64,000 nt of DNA, from positions 1-64,000 of the forward strand of contig DEQQ01000096.1 in assembly GCA_002360455.1 (NCBI GenBank). Reading direction: 5' to 3'. Positions within the stretch are counted from its first letter, which is position 1. Each line of letters starts with the position of its first letter. This stretch comes from Saprospiraceae bacterium UBA3362. GTDB taxonomy: Bacteria; Bacteroidota; Bacteroidia; Chitinophagales; Saprospiraceae. The position numbers and the translations under genes are program-made. Below the pieces are notes generated by a model. The model was not told the origin of the DNA and did not search any database. It saw only the letters and a list, made by a program, of their open reading frames with translations. Shown one piece after another: positions 1 to 8,397 of the stretch.

Positions 1-143
1 TGTGGGAATAGTAGCACCACAGCCCAATAATAGCACAAAAGCATCATAGAAGTACGATGCTGAATATTAGTACTTCTGCCCACATATAGCAAAACCCCTG
101 TTATATGCTGTGCTTTTTTATAGGGGTGTAAAATTTAGTCAAA

Positions 144-488
144 ATGAGTACAAAATCATCAATTTTTCTAACCAAAGACAACGAACATTGTTTTTTTGAA
201 ACTTCAGAACCATTATATGAAAATGGTAAGTTTTTAGGCGAAACTATTTATTTAGAAATGGACAAAAAAAATGTGGATTTGGTTTGTAATGACGAAACTA
301 ATATAATAGTTTCAATTAAACCAAACACTGAATTGCATTCTATTATTAGCGATTTAAAAAATGGTCCTTTTTATAAAGTCCATAGGCTTTTGAAAGATTT
401 GATTAAATGGGAAGAATCAAATCATATTGATTCAGATTTGTTAGAAAGAATAAATAGTTGTTATGAAGACTTAAATCCTTACGCTTAA
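144..488 (+). CDS. hypothetical small protein (114 aa), opposite orientation to the neighbouring cassettes
   Basis: Intact ORF from the six-frame track. No recognisable motif. Followed by palindromic repeat copy A. Confidence 0.35.
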   Translation: MSTKSSIFLTKDNEHCFFETSEPLYENGKFLGETIYLEMDKKNVDLVCNDETNIIVSIKPNTELHSIISDLKNGPFYKVHRLLKDLIKWEESNHIDSDLLERINSCYEDLNPYA

Positions 489-495
489 CGTGTCG

Positions 496-637
496 CATAG
501 CATATAACGTTTTGCAGATTTGCGATGGGCGGGATTTTCAGCACAAAAGTTCATGCGGAGAACTGAACTTTCGGCTACCACAAAACTGTCTGCGGAGCGC
601 GAAACCCCGCCTATTGCAAATGTGCTGTTATGCGGTC
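496..637. repeat. attC-like imperfect palindromic repeat, copy A (GCATATAACG...stem GGCGGG/CCCGCC...CTGTTATGCGG)
   Basis: Read directly: terminal inverted boxes ..ATAAC.. / ..GTTAT... A long inner stem TTTGCGATGGGCGGG pairs with CCCGCCTATTGCAAA. Internal tandem half-repeats ACAAAAGTTCATGCGGAG / ACAAAACTGTCTGCGGAG. Lies 12 bp downstream of the stop of minus-strand ORF 650..1381. Related copies occur at ~1405, ~10356, ~11780 and ~16942. Confidence 0.55.
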
Positions 638-649
638 GTTTTTTGTTTG

Positions 650-1381
650 TCATTGCATATACATTTGAATATTTCCTTTAATCGTGTCATTAATTTGGAC
701 TTTATATTTTATGTCTGGTCTGCCCTTTACAAGATAGTCCGTGAAAGCATAGTAACAGCTTTCAGAAACTTTAATGTCTAAGGTGCTTGTTTTGTCCCAT
801 CGAATATCTGTAAAACAGTCGAAGTCATATTTTGAAATATAAAAATTTCCGAATTTGGGTATGCTATCGCCCTGATTAATTATAGAAATGTTTAGAAAAT
901 AGTTTCCGTTAACCGGCTTTATATACTTGTAAACAACAAGATCATACTTATCATTGGGCGAAGTGTCACGATAAAATATTTTTCGCTGGAAAGAACTGTC
1001 GATTGGATCTATTTGTTTCACTTTTATTACAATTCCTTTTAGAATTGTGTCCCGCAAGTTTGATTTATTATTACTGACAAACTCTGTAAAATTTTCAGCA
1101 ATAATTACCGTGTCGTTTCCGCTCCAGTATATATTGTCAAAGTCGAGGCTTGAATAGGAAAAATTTGCGCCTTGTTTAAATGTGTCGACAGCATTCATTA
1201 TTGTCGTTAACGATGTTCTACTTCCGTCCCAAGCTCCTTGCTCGTAACGATAGGTCAACAAGCATTTAGAACTGTCGGGAGAGTAAACTCTCGATATCTC
1301 AGTATAAGTCCCAGGAGATTTTGTAAAGTCGCAACTCACAAGTCCAAACGTAATTGTCAATATGATTAAAGTTAACCTCAA
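650..1381 (-). CDS. hypothetical lipoprotein (signal peptide with lipobox LVSC)
   Basis: N-terminus MRLTLIILTITFGLVSCDF is a hydrophobic signal followed by Cys. No catalytic motif recognised. Single-gene cassette between repeat copies A and B. Confidence 0.5.
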   Translation of the reverse strand: MRLTLIILTITFGLVSCDFTKSPGTYTEISRVYSPDSSKCLLTYRYEQGAWDGSRTSLTTIMNAVDTFKQGANFSYSSLDFDNIYWSGNDTVIIAENFTEFVSNNKSNLRDTILKGIVIKVKQIDPIDSSFQRKIFYRDTSPNDKYDLVVYKYIKPVNGNYFLNISIINQGDSIPKFGNFYISKYDFDCFTDIRWDKTSTLDIKVSESCYYAFTDYLVKGRPDIKYKVQINDTIKGNIQMYMQ

Positions 1382-1404
1382 TGTTTCTGTGTCGTTTTTA
1401 AAAA

Positions 1405-1542
1405 TGCCGCATAACGGTTTGGGTATTGCCGAAGGCGGGGCATTTCAGCACAACTGTTGATTTGAAAAACTAAAGTTCGGTTAAGCACAAAAGTGTCATA
1501 AATGCACGTCACCCCCGCTTTTGGCAATACCTTGTTACCTGC
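1405..1542. repeat. attC-like imperfect palindromic repeat, copy B
   Basis: The 19-bp stem GGTATTGCCGAAGGCGGGG pairs with CCCCGCTTTTGGCAATACC. Outer boxes are GCATAACGG ... CTTGTTACC. The loop contains a CAGCACAA motif shared with copies A, C and D. Confidence 0.55.
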
Positions 1543-1760
1543 TGGCCTTCCTTCTGTCGTTTCGTTGTATACCTTGTCAATATTGATTTTTCGTGTCATT
1601 GTCTGCTGTGTTTGTCGGGCTGTGTGTTGGTGTATTTTTATTTATTTTAGAAGCGTTGGGAAATTTTTTAAAAACAATTTTTGTCTGCGTTGGCAAAGCA
1701 AGCTCTTTTGCAATTTTTGGTCTGTGCTTAGGCTTGTGCGAATTGCAAATGTGCTTGCTT

Positions 1761-2060
1761 TTAGGGCTGGCTTTCCTTCCGTTTAATAAATATTGATATT
1801 AAAAGTCCTATTCCAATAATTACGTCAACTATGTTCCATATTTGTCTGCCAAGTGCGATTTTAAAAAACGGTTGAAATAACAAAGCCAGTCCGCCATAAA
1901 TTACCATTTCCGTCTGTCGCCCTTTTTGGTTTGCCTGATAAGCTAAAACTGCAAATCCAATTAGTCCAGCAAACCTTACAAATTGATAGTATCCGTAAGG
2001 CATATCTGCCAAGCAAATGAAAAATAATAGAGCAAGAGTGATTTTAATTAATACTGTCAT
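1761..2060 (-). CDS. small integral membrane protein (about 3 TM), last gene of the seven-gene operon
   Basis: Hydrophobic segments throughout. The start codon overlaps the stop of the upstream CpXC gene (TAATG). Confidence 0.45.
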   Translation of the reverse strand: MTVLIKITLALLFFICLADMPYGYYQFVRFAGLIGFAVLAYQANQKGRQTEMVIYGGLALLFQPFFKIALGRQIWNIVDVIIGIGLLISIFIKRKESQP

Positions 2061-2596
2061 TAAAAAATCAATTTTGATATTCCGTATAATAAACTAGAAC
2101 TAAAAACAAACAGAATTAAAGCAACACCCATACAACCACTATTTTTCTTTTTATTTTTATCTTGTAAGTGCTTCAAAAAGCCTTGCATTTGGTCGTTCAT
2201 CTCTTTGCTCATGGTTCCTTGCTTTCCCTTCAGTTCTCCATTTTCAAATTTCAAAATTGTATTTTTAAACTCGCTCCAACTCTTGATTCTTGGAGCAGTA
2301 GCAAGGTAGTTCCCTTCGCCCAACATTTTTGCATATCCAACACTATCGCTATCTATTTGAGCATCATATTCAGGCTCCCACCAAACAGCAAAATGCTGGT
2401 CAGCGTTTGTATAAATAAAGGGGAACTGTAACTTGGTTGACCTGTTGCAACTGGGACATTTAGTGACATTTATCTTGTCTGACATTACAAGTTCACGATT
2501 TTCAGGGTATTCACCCCAAATTGACCGATACAAGGTAAATTCAAATTGATGATTACAGTTAGGGCAGGTAATTTTGGCTTCAACACGTTTACTCAT
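2060..2596 (-). CDS. CpXC-domain zinc-ribbon protein with C-terminal TM helix
   Basis: Two CPxCN / CPSCN pairs (CPNCNHQF ... CPSCNRST) typical of the CpXC family. C-terminal hydrophobic tail GVALILFVFSSSLLYGI. Confidence 0.55.
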   Translation of the reverse strand: MSKRVEAKITCPNCNHQFEFTLYRSIWGEYPENRELVMSDKINVTKCPSCNRSTKLQFPFIYTNADQHFAVWWEPEYDAQIDSDSVGYAKMLGEGNYLATAPRIKSWSEFKNTILKFENGELKGKQGTMSKEMNDQMQGFLKHLQDKNKKKNSGCMGVALILFVFSSSLLYGISKLIF

Positions 2597-2597
2597 A

Positions 2598-3164
2598 TTA
2601 GTTGACTTCGTTTATTTGTTCAAATTGTGGGAAATCAGCAACTTCTTGAAAATGATGTAACAACTTTTCAATGCTCGAATCGGTGTCAATATCTTCCTTG
2701 AGGAAAGATTCAATATCAGGGAACTCTGCTAAAATCCTATCATTGGAAAGTTTAAGATGGTGTCTAATAGCTTTAAAAAACTTTACCTCAGCATACTTAA
2801 TTTCTTCATCAGCTTTAATAGTTTCTATTGCGAAATTTATCAGCATTAATTCTTCGCTTTCGCTTAGGACAAGGCTATTGATTTCTTTGAAAAAATTAGA
2901 AATAAACTCACTTGAATTATTATTAATCTTGCTTACTAGTGAATTGATTTCAGCTAAAAAGTCATAGTTTTTAAATACATCTTCAGCTTTACAAAGACTT
3001 TTAATTAATTCAATTTCACGCTTGTCAATTTCTCCATCTGAGGCCATGCAACAGAATGCAGTTTTCAGAAGTACTTTGTCAAATGTTGTTGTTTCCATGT
3101 TTTTAACTTTTAAATCCAATCCTAGGTCTTCCTGATGGCTCGTCATCACCATCTTCACCTTCAA
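2598..3164 (-). CDS. TerB-family (tellurite-resistance TerB / DjlA N-terminal-like) protein
   Basis: Motif MASDGEIDKREIELIKSL is characteristic of TerB. The ORF as drawn overlaps the kinase gene by 62 nt. An alternative start at METTTF (position 3098) leaves a 4-nt gap and is equally plausible. Confidence 0.6.
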   Translation of the reverse strand: MKVKMVMTSHQEDLGLDLKVKNMETTTFDKVLLKTAFCCMASDGEIDKREIELIKSLCKAEDVFKNYDFLAEINSLVSKINNNSSEFISNFFKEINSLVLSESEELMLINFAIETIKADEEIKYAEVKFFKAIRHHLKLSNDRILAEFPDIESFLKEDIDTDSSIEKLLHHFQEVADFPQFEQINEVN

Positions 3165-4908
3165 TTTTCTTTCTAATTTCTTCGTATTTTCTTAGTTCAG
3201 CAAGGCTGATTGTTGGCCTAATCTTGTTGATAGCATTTTCTAGGATTTGAATTGTAACTTTAGAATCTGCTTGAAGAGCCATTCTCGCTGCCTCGCTGCA
3301 TATAAGCTCAATTTCCGCTGTTACTCGGTGTTCTGTCAACTTAGCAAGCTTCTCGTAGTCAATCCCAAAATCTAAAGGCTTCTTTTTAAGATAAACCTTG
3401 AACAGTTCTTGTCGTAATTGAAAGTCGGGAGGGCCTATGTAAAATTTCTTCTCTAATCGACCAGCTCCTAGTATAGCTGGATCAATCATATTAGGGTAGT
3501 TGGTTGCTCCTACGACAAAAATCCCCTTTTCGCCTGTACGATCCATTTGTGCAAGCATTTCGTTTACGGCACTCTTAGACATTTCATGAACCTCACTATC
3601 TCTGTTTGGTAGCAACTCGTTCAATTCATCAATAAAAATAATTGTAGGGGCATTTTTTTCTGCTTCTTCAAACATTTTTGCAATGTTCTCTTGAGTTGCA
3701 TTAACGTATCTGCTTTTTAAAGTTGACGGTTTAATGTACATATAATTGTAGCCAACTTCCTCTGCGAATTTTTTAGCAAAAAAAGTTTTACCACAGCGTG
3801 GAGGACCATAAAAGAGAATCCCATTGGGAAAAGGAATGTCATATTTCTTGTATTTTTCCGGATCTTTAAGTGCATTTATTACATCCACTGTGAGAAGCTT
3901 TTTCAAATCATCCATACCAGCAATTGAATCAAAACCAGTTCCTTTTGCTTTTGTAGTTAATGGCTTATTTTCAACTTTTTGCTTATCAGACTTTTGAAGT
4001 CTCACTAAATCAACATCCTCAACTTCTAATTCGCTATTGATGGCTTCAATAAAATCATTTGCACTTTTAAATCTTAATTCCGGATCTGATGCAAGCGCTT
4101 TTTTAAGTATCAGCTTTGTGTTATCATCAACATCAGATATGTTGTGAAAATTAGAAAATCCCAGAGATCGTTTTCTTTCTTGAATAATTTCTTCTTCAAT
4201 ACCACCTCGTTCTAAAGAAAAGTTTGAAATCGGCTTAAACCACGGAGCAAAACCACTGAACATGTTGTAATAAACTGCTCCAGCTGAAAAAATATCAGAT
4301 TGAGGTGAATAAATATTATTGAAACACTCAGAAGCAATATAGTTTAAGTTCAAGTGCTCTTTGTTATAGCTTTTATTTGGCTGATGGAATCTTCTTGCAT
4401 ATCCAAAATCTATAAGCTTAGCCACTGGCATTTCTGGATCCGACAAATCAAGCATAATGTTCTGTGGTGTAACTTCATTATGTATGATCGGATCAGATAA
4501 ACCATGCAAATAATCAAGGGCTGATAGCAAATCCACAACAATAGATTGGTAAATTTCAATTTCATCCTTATCGCCTCTTGCTAACCTATCTGCCAGAGTT
4601 TCTCCGCTGATGAAATCAAGAACCATGAAAATATACTTACTTCCATTTGAAACAACTTCACCACTATCGAGATAGCTAACAATATTCTCATGATCAACTT
4701 CTTTCAAAAGTTCAATCTCTAAAATATCCCCACCAGCACTAAAAGCGGTTCGGTGTATCTTGGATGGGTAAAACAATTTAAGAAAGCAAACCTTTCCGTC
4801 TTTTGACTTTACACGATATGTCTCTGCATTAATACCATTCTTTATAGGAAATAAAACCTGGTAATCACCAATTTTGTCATCTCTTTTGAATATATGCGAT
4901 GCTTTCAT
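3103..4908 (-). CDS. fusion protein: N-terminal Ser/Thr protein kinase-like domain plus C-terminal classical AAA+ ATPase
   Basis: Kinase-like stretches GDYQVLFPIKNGINAETYRVKSKDGKVCFLK, HNEVTPQNIML and LIDFGYAR. AAA+ features: Walker A GPPRCGKT, Walker B IIFIDELN, and an SRH-like GATNYPNMIDPAILGAGRL. Confidence 0.75.
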   Translation of the reverse strand: MKASHIFKRDDKIGDYQVLFPIKNGINAETYRVKSKDGKVCFLKLFYPSKIHRTAFSAGGDILEIELLKEVDHENIVSYLDSGEVVSNGSKYIFMVLDFISGETLADRLARGDKDEIEIYQSIVVDLLSALDYLHGLSDPIIHNEVTPQNIMLDLSDPEMPVAKLIDFGYARRFHQPNKSYNKEHLNLNYIASECFNNIYSPQSDIFSAGAVYYNMFSGFAPWFKPISNFSLERGGIEEEIIQERKRSLGFSNFHNISDVDDNTKLILKKALASDPELRFKSANDFIEAINSELEVEDVDLVRLQKSDKQKVENKPLTTKAKGTGFDSIAGMDDLKKLLTVDVINALKDPEKYKKYDIPFPNGILFYGPPRCGKTFFAKKFAEEVGYNYMYIKPSTLKSRYVNATQENIAKMFEEAEKNAPTIIFIDELNELLPNRDSEVHEMSKSAVNEMLAQMDRTGEKGIFVVGATNYPNMIDPAILGAGRLEKKFYIGPPDFQLRQELFKVYLKKKPLDFGIDYEKLAKLTEHRVTAEIELICSEAARMALQADSKVTIQILENAINKIRPTISLAELRKYEEIRKKIEGEDGDDEPSGRPRIGFKS

Positions 4909-4924
4909 TTTTACTTTTTAACAA

Positions 4925-7480
4925 TTAACGCTTAACGCACACACACTGATTTTTCTTTTTACCACAATGTGGGCACATTTCATCAGGATAGTTATTTTCA
5001 ACCTCAATACAAATTGGGAGTAAACTTTCCTCTGTTGGATTTGTAGCAATAATTGATAACCCTTGATTAACTAGTTGCCTTACACGGTCTCTATTTTTCC
5101 AGTAAATCATATCAAAATGCTCATTCCATCTCCGGATGCTATTTATAAGCTGATAAATGAGAGTAATCATCATAAAGAGTGTATTGATCTCTTTAAGCAC
5201 ATCCTTACCTAAGCTTAGATCTTTTGACCTAATAATCTCATCAGTTCTTTTACGTAATTTACTTACCGCTTCATTTGTATTTTCATTGCCAAGGTCATTA
5301 TTTGCTCTTTCCAGCCTATCAAATTCAGAACGGATTTCTTTTTCCATTCTATCCCATTCTGTCCCTTGGCTAACATCGTCAACCTTTATTAAAATATCTC
5401 GCATTTTATCAAAGGTTTCTTTTCTTCTGTCTTCATCACCTTTTCCTTTTTCAAAATACTCTCTTAAATCCTTAAGTTCTTTTTCAAGTTCATTGATTCT
5501 ATTTTCATCTTGAAGAACTCCAGATTGCTTTATTTCACGAATTATTTTGAAACCATTTCTAAATTCAGATTCGATTTTATCTGAATCTGGAATTGATTGT
5601 CTATGGTTTTTGTCAATCTTCATTTCATACTGAAACTCTAACGCATGGAAATATGCTTTAACTGTAATTCCTTCATTTCTGTCAACACTTACAGTTAAAT
5701 CAAATGTGCTGTTTGCTGGAAGTAAAGCAGGTAAGTCTTCCCCTGAAATGTCAATGTCGTAAACATGGTCGTTATATATTGCCCTAGAGCCTTCCGCATT
5801 ATTATCTCCCTGATATAATGGAATTCGTAAAAAATCTGACTTAATTCCAGGCCTAATTTGACTGGAAGTTCGAAGCCCGTTACTAATACCTGTTGCTGGT
5901 GTAAGTTTATTTTTTTCAAGACCACGTAAAGGAATAAAAACCATTCGCTCAACATCCTCATCTAAAACCTCAACGCCGTAGTAATAGGGCAAATTAACAC
6001 CACCACCGCCACCATCTCCAATACCATGAAGAATTGTGAAAGAGTTTGGTGAGGCTTCTAATTGATCGCCTTTGTCATTGAAGAGTTTAATAAGAAAACT
6101 ATTAGGAGTGTATTCTGCAAGTAAAACATCTAGTATTTTTACTTTATTAGTTAATTCCATTTTTCCTGAAGACCAAGCATCATCTGACCTAAATATTTGA
6201 AAAAACAATTTCTCTTTTTCAAAAGAAGAGTAATTTTTACACTTCAAACTAATCTTAACTTCTGTGTCTGTAACTGGTGTGTTATAATTCAACTCTAAAT
6301 CAACAAGATGTTTTTCATTTGAAGGTTCAGAAATTATCTCACTATTTATTGTTGAAGCAAAAATCGCAGCACCTTTTGCTACAACTGTCATCGCATCAAG
6401 CGAAAAGTCTACTTTTTTGGTAATTTGATTTTCTAACATCTCTCTTAAAAGAGGTGTTTTAGTAGGGCCTCCAACAAGAACAAGAGCATCAATTTTATTT
6501 GGTTCAATGTTAGCATTTTTAAGCAATTCTTTTGTTTTATCAACTGCTCTTTGAAAATATTTTTTTTGAACTTGATTCAACTGTTCTTTTGTGATTTCTA
6601 GTTCAATTGTAATATCATTACCTTCATCATCAATACCATATTCTGCGAATTCATCAAATATTAATACTTTATCAACATCTTTCTTTGACAACTCAATTTT
6701 CTTCTGCTCGGCGTCAATTTTCAGAACATTTCTCAAACTTTCTTTTCTATTTTCATCGGCTAGCATTTCATCAATTGTGAAATTATTTTTTAGATATGGA
6801 ATAATAATTTCATCAACAATAGCATAATCAATATTTTTTCCTCCCAGGTAATTATCCCCCTCAGTATTTTCAACCGTAAACACTCCATCTTTAATTTTTA
6901 AAAGAGCTGCATCAAATGTCCCTCCACCGAAATCAAATACAATCCAATATCCATCCTTAATTTTCGATTTCAAGCTATATGCATAAGCCGCTGCAACAGG
7001 TTCTGACAGCAATTCACATTGCTCGAAACCAGCAAGTGCTGCTGCTCTTTTAGTTGCCTCCTTCTGATTAGCTCCAAATTTTGCAGGAACAGTTATTACT
7101 ACACTTCTAAGAGTTTCATCATCAATATTTTGTTTGAGTTTTTTTAGAACCTCTGAAGATAGATCCTCTGATGTAAATTCCTTTTCATGATTAGACGAAA
7201 AATACATCTTATCAGTTCCCATTGTTCTTTTAAACTCAATGAAAACATTTGAAGTGTAATTTTCATTTTTAATTTGAGCTCTTTTATCAACTCCCATTTG
7301 TCTTAGTGCCTTGTCACCAACATCAATTACACCTCTTTTTTTAAGAGAAACGCATGAAGGGACTGTGTCCATTCCAGTTTCAGGATCCTTTTTGATAATT
7401 GGTTCACCAAGTTCAATTCTAGCAATTGCTGAATTGGTAGTGCCTAAGTCAATTCCGTAATCAATTTTTACTCTTGCCAT
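4925..7480 (-). CDS. divergent Hsp70/DnaK-family ATPase (851 aa) with long coiled-coil C-terminal region ending in a Cys cluster
   Basis: Hsp70 nucleotide-binding-domain signatures IDLGTTNSA, VITVPAKFGANQKEATKRAAALAG, EPVAAAYAYSL, DFGGGTFDAALL and LVGGPTKTP. The C-terminal ~450 aa are non-canonical and end in CPHCGKKKNQCVCVKR. Confidence 0.8.
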   Translation of the reverse strand: MARVKIDYGIDLGTTNSAIARIELGEPIIKKDPETGMDTVPSCVSLKKRGVIDVGDKALRQMGVDKRAQIKNENYTSNVFIEFKRTMGTDKMYFSSNHEKEFTSEDLSSEVLKKLKQNIDDETLRSVVITVPAKFGANQKEATKRAAALAGFEQCELLSEPVAAAYAYSLKSKIKDGYWIVFDFGGGTFDAALLKIKDGVFTVENTEGDNYLGGKNIDYAIVDEIIIPYLKNNFTIDEMLADENRKESLRNVLKIDAEQKKIELSKKDVDKVLIFDEFAEYGIDDEGNDITIELEITKEQLNQVQKKYFQRAVDKTKELLKNANIEPNKIDALVLVGGPTKTPLLREMLENQITKKVDFSLDAMTVVAKGAAIFASTINSEIISEPSNEKHLVDLELNYNTPVTDTEVKISLKCKNYSSFEKEKLFFQIFRSDDAWSSGKMELTNKVKILDVLLAEYTPNSFLIKLFNDKGDQLEASPNSFTILHGIGDGGGGGVNLPYYYGVEVLDEDVERMVFIPLRGLEKNKLTPATGISNGLRTSSQIRPGIKSDFLRIPLYQGDNNAEGSRAIYNDHVYDIDISGEDLPALLPANSTFDLTVSVDRNEGITVKAYFHALEFQYEMKIDKNHRQSIPDSDKIESEFRNGFKIIREIKQSGVLQDENRINELEKELKDLREYFEKGKGDEDRRKETFDKMRDILIKVDDVSQGTEWDRMEKEIRSEFDRLERANNDLGNENTNEAVSKLRKRTDEIIRSKDLSLGKDVLKEINTLFMMITLIYQLINSIRRWNEHFDMIYWKNRDRVRQLVNQGLSIIATNPTEESLLPICIEVENNYPDEMCPHCGKKKNQCVCVKR

Positions 7481-7491
7481 AATTATTAGTT

Positions 7492-8397
7492 TTATTCGCC
7501 TGTAGCAACAATTACTTGTGCTCTTTGGATAAGTTTATTATTAAAATGAACTTCTGGTTTAATTACACGTTTTATTTTTTGAGTCCCTGGTTCTATTGAT
7601 GGATCTAATTCTAATGTTGCATCCATATTCATTCCATCATTGAATGGTTTATTCAAATGGTCAATTATGTTATATCCATTTGCCTTTATATTATCTAAAA
7701 CATTGTTCACGGCGATAGTTAATGATTTATATCCTTTAACATTTGTATCCATTTTGCTCAAATACAATTGCATTTTTATAATCTCATCAGCTACCTTAAG
7801 TGCTAACGAATGATCCACTTCTGCATTTACCACGGCTGGTTTATTTTGTCTTTCGGCTTTCAATAATTCCATTTGACCGTTGTACAATTCTGCAAGTTTA
7901 GTATTAACTTGAACCTGCTCTTCCTCAATAGATTTTCTCGTTTTTATGATTTGATCTTCAACAGCGGACTTGTCTTTTGATACTTGTTTTCTGATAAAAA
8001 AGTACATTAAGAAACTCAATAATAATGCAGCAAGAACACCAATAATTCCCCAAAGAGTTCTATTTGAAACTTGCTCACTTACTGTGCTAATTTTTGTATC
8101 GTTTTCCTTGCCGGTTTGTAATATTTTGTGAGTTAAAACAGAATCTGTTGTATTTATAATAGCACCAGTTGAATCAACCTTAGATGACAATGAACCGAGA
8201 TTGTTCTTTAATTCAGGAATTGAACTTACTACGCCTGTAATTTTTTCATCAGTTTTTGTCTGTCTTGTCTCCAAAAATTGGATTCTATTTTTCAAACTGG
8301 AAATCTCTTTTTCTAGCTTAGAGCTAACGCTATCTTGTGCGCGGATGTTTCCAACAAGCGACAAAAGAAGTAATGTTGTAATTGAAATTCTCATCAT
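7492..8397 (-). CDS. membrane protein with signal peptide, coiled coil and central TM helix
   Basis: Signal peptide MMRISITTLLLLSLVGNIRAQ and TM helix LWGIIGVLAALLLSFLMYFF. Start overlaps the stop of the upstream gene (TAATG). Confidence 0.45.
   Translation of the reverse strand: MMRISITTLLLLSLVGNIRAQDSVSSKLEKEISSLKNRIQFLETRQTKTDEKITGVVSSIPELKNNLGSLSSKVDSTGAIINTTDSVLTHKILQTGKENDTKISTVSEQVSNRTLWGIIGVLAALLLSFLMYFFIRKQVSKDKSAVEDQIIKTRKSIEEEQVQVNTKLAELYNGQMELLKAERQNKPAVVNAEVDHSLALKVADEIIKMQLYLSKMDTNVKGYKSLTIAVNNVLDNIKANGYNIIDHLNKPFNDGMNMDATLELDPSIEPGTQKIKRVIKPEVHFNNKLIQRAQVIVATGE

Noticed and set aside
60-140. Possible sixth, truncated attC-like element at the left window edge (AAAACCCCTGTTATATGCTGTGC ... 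TATAGGGG)
   Set aside because: It shares only the CTGTTAT end-box and a short CCCC/GGGG stem with the other copies. It is too short and too divergent to call, and the window edge prevents assessment.
471-781. ORFs 471..653(-) and 512..781(+) from the six-frame track
   Set aside because: They lie entirely over palindromic repeat copy A and the adjacent lipoprotein gene. Their translations are low-complexity read-through of the repeat. Equivalent spurious ORFs overlie every other copy: 1378..1599, 1502..1786, 1593..1796, 11758..12033, 11765..12043, 16737..17000, 16748..17014 and 16812..17033.
2598-3164. 62-nt overlap between the TerB and kinase-AAA genes as a possible frameshift or fusion
   Set aside because: The reading frames differ. 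An in-frame alternative start (METTTF at 3098) removes the overlap. There is no evidence of a disrupted gene.
5157-6827. Plus-strand ORFs inside the Hsp70 gene (5157..5513, 6591..6827) and similar antisense ORFs inside res, mod, E1 and WbpA genes
   Set aside because: They are antisense to long, well-supported coding regions and serine/leucine-rich from compositional bias. They are not credible genes.
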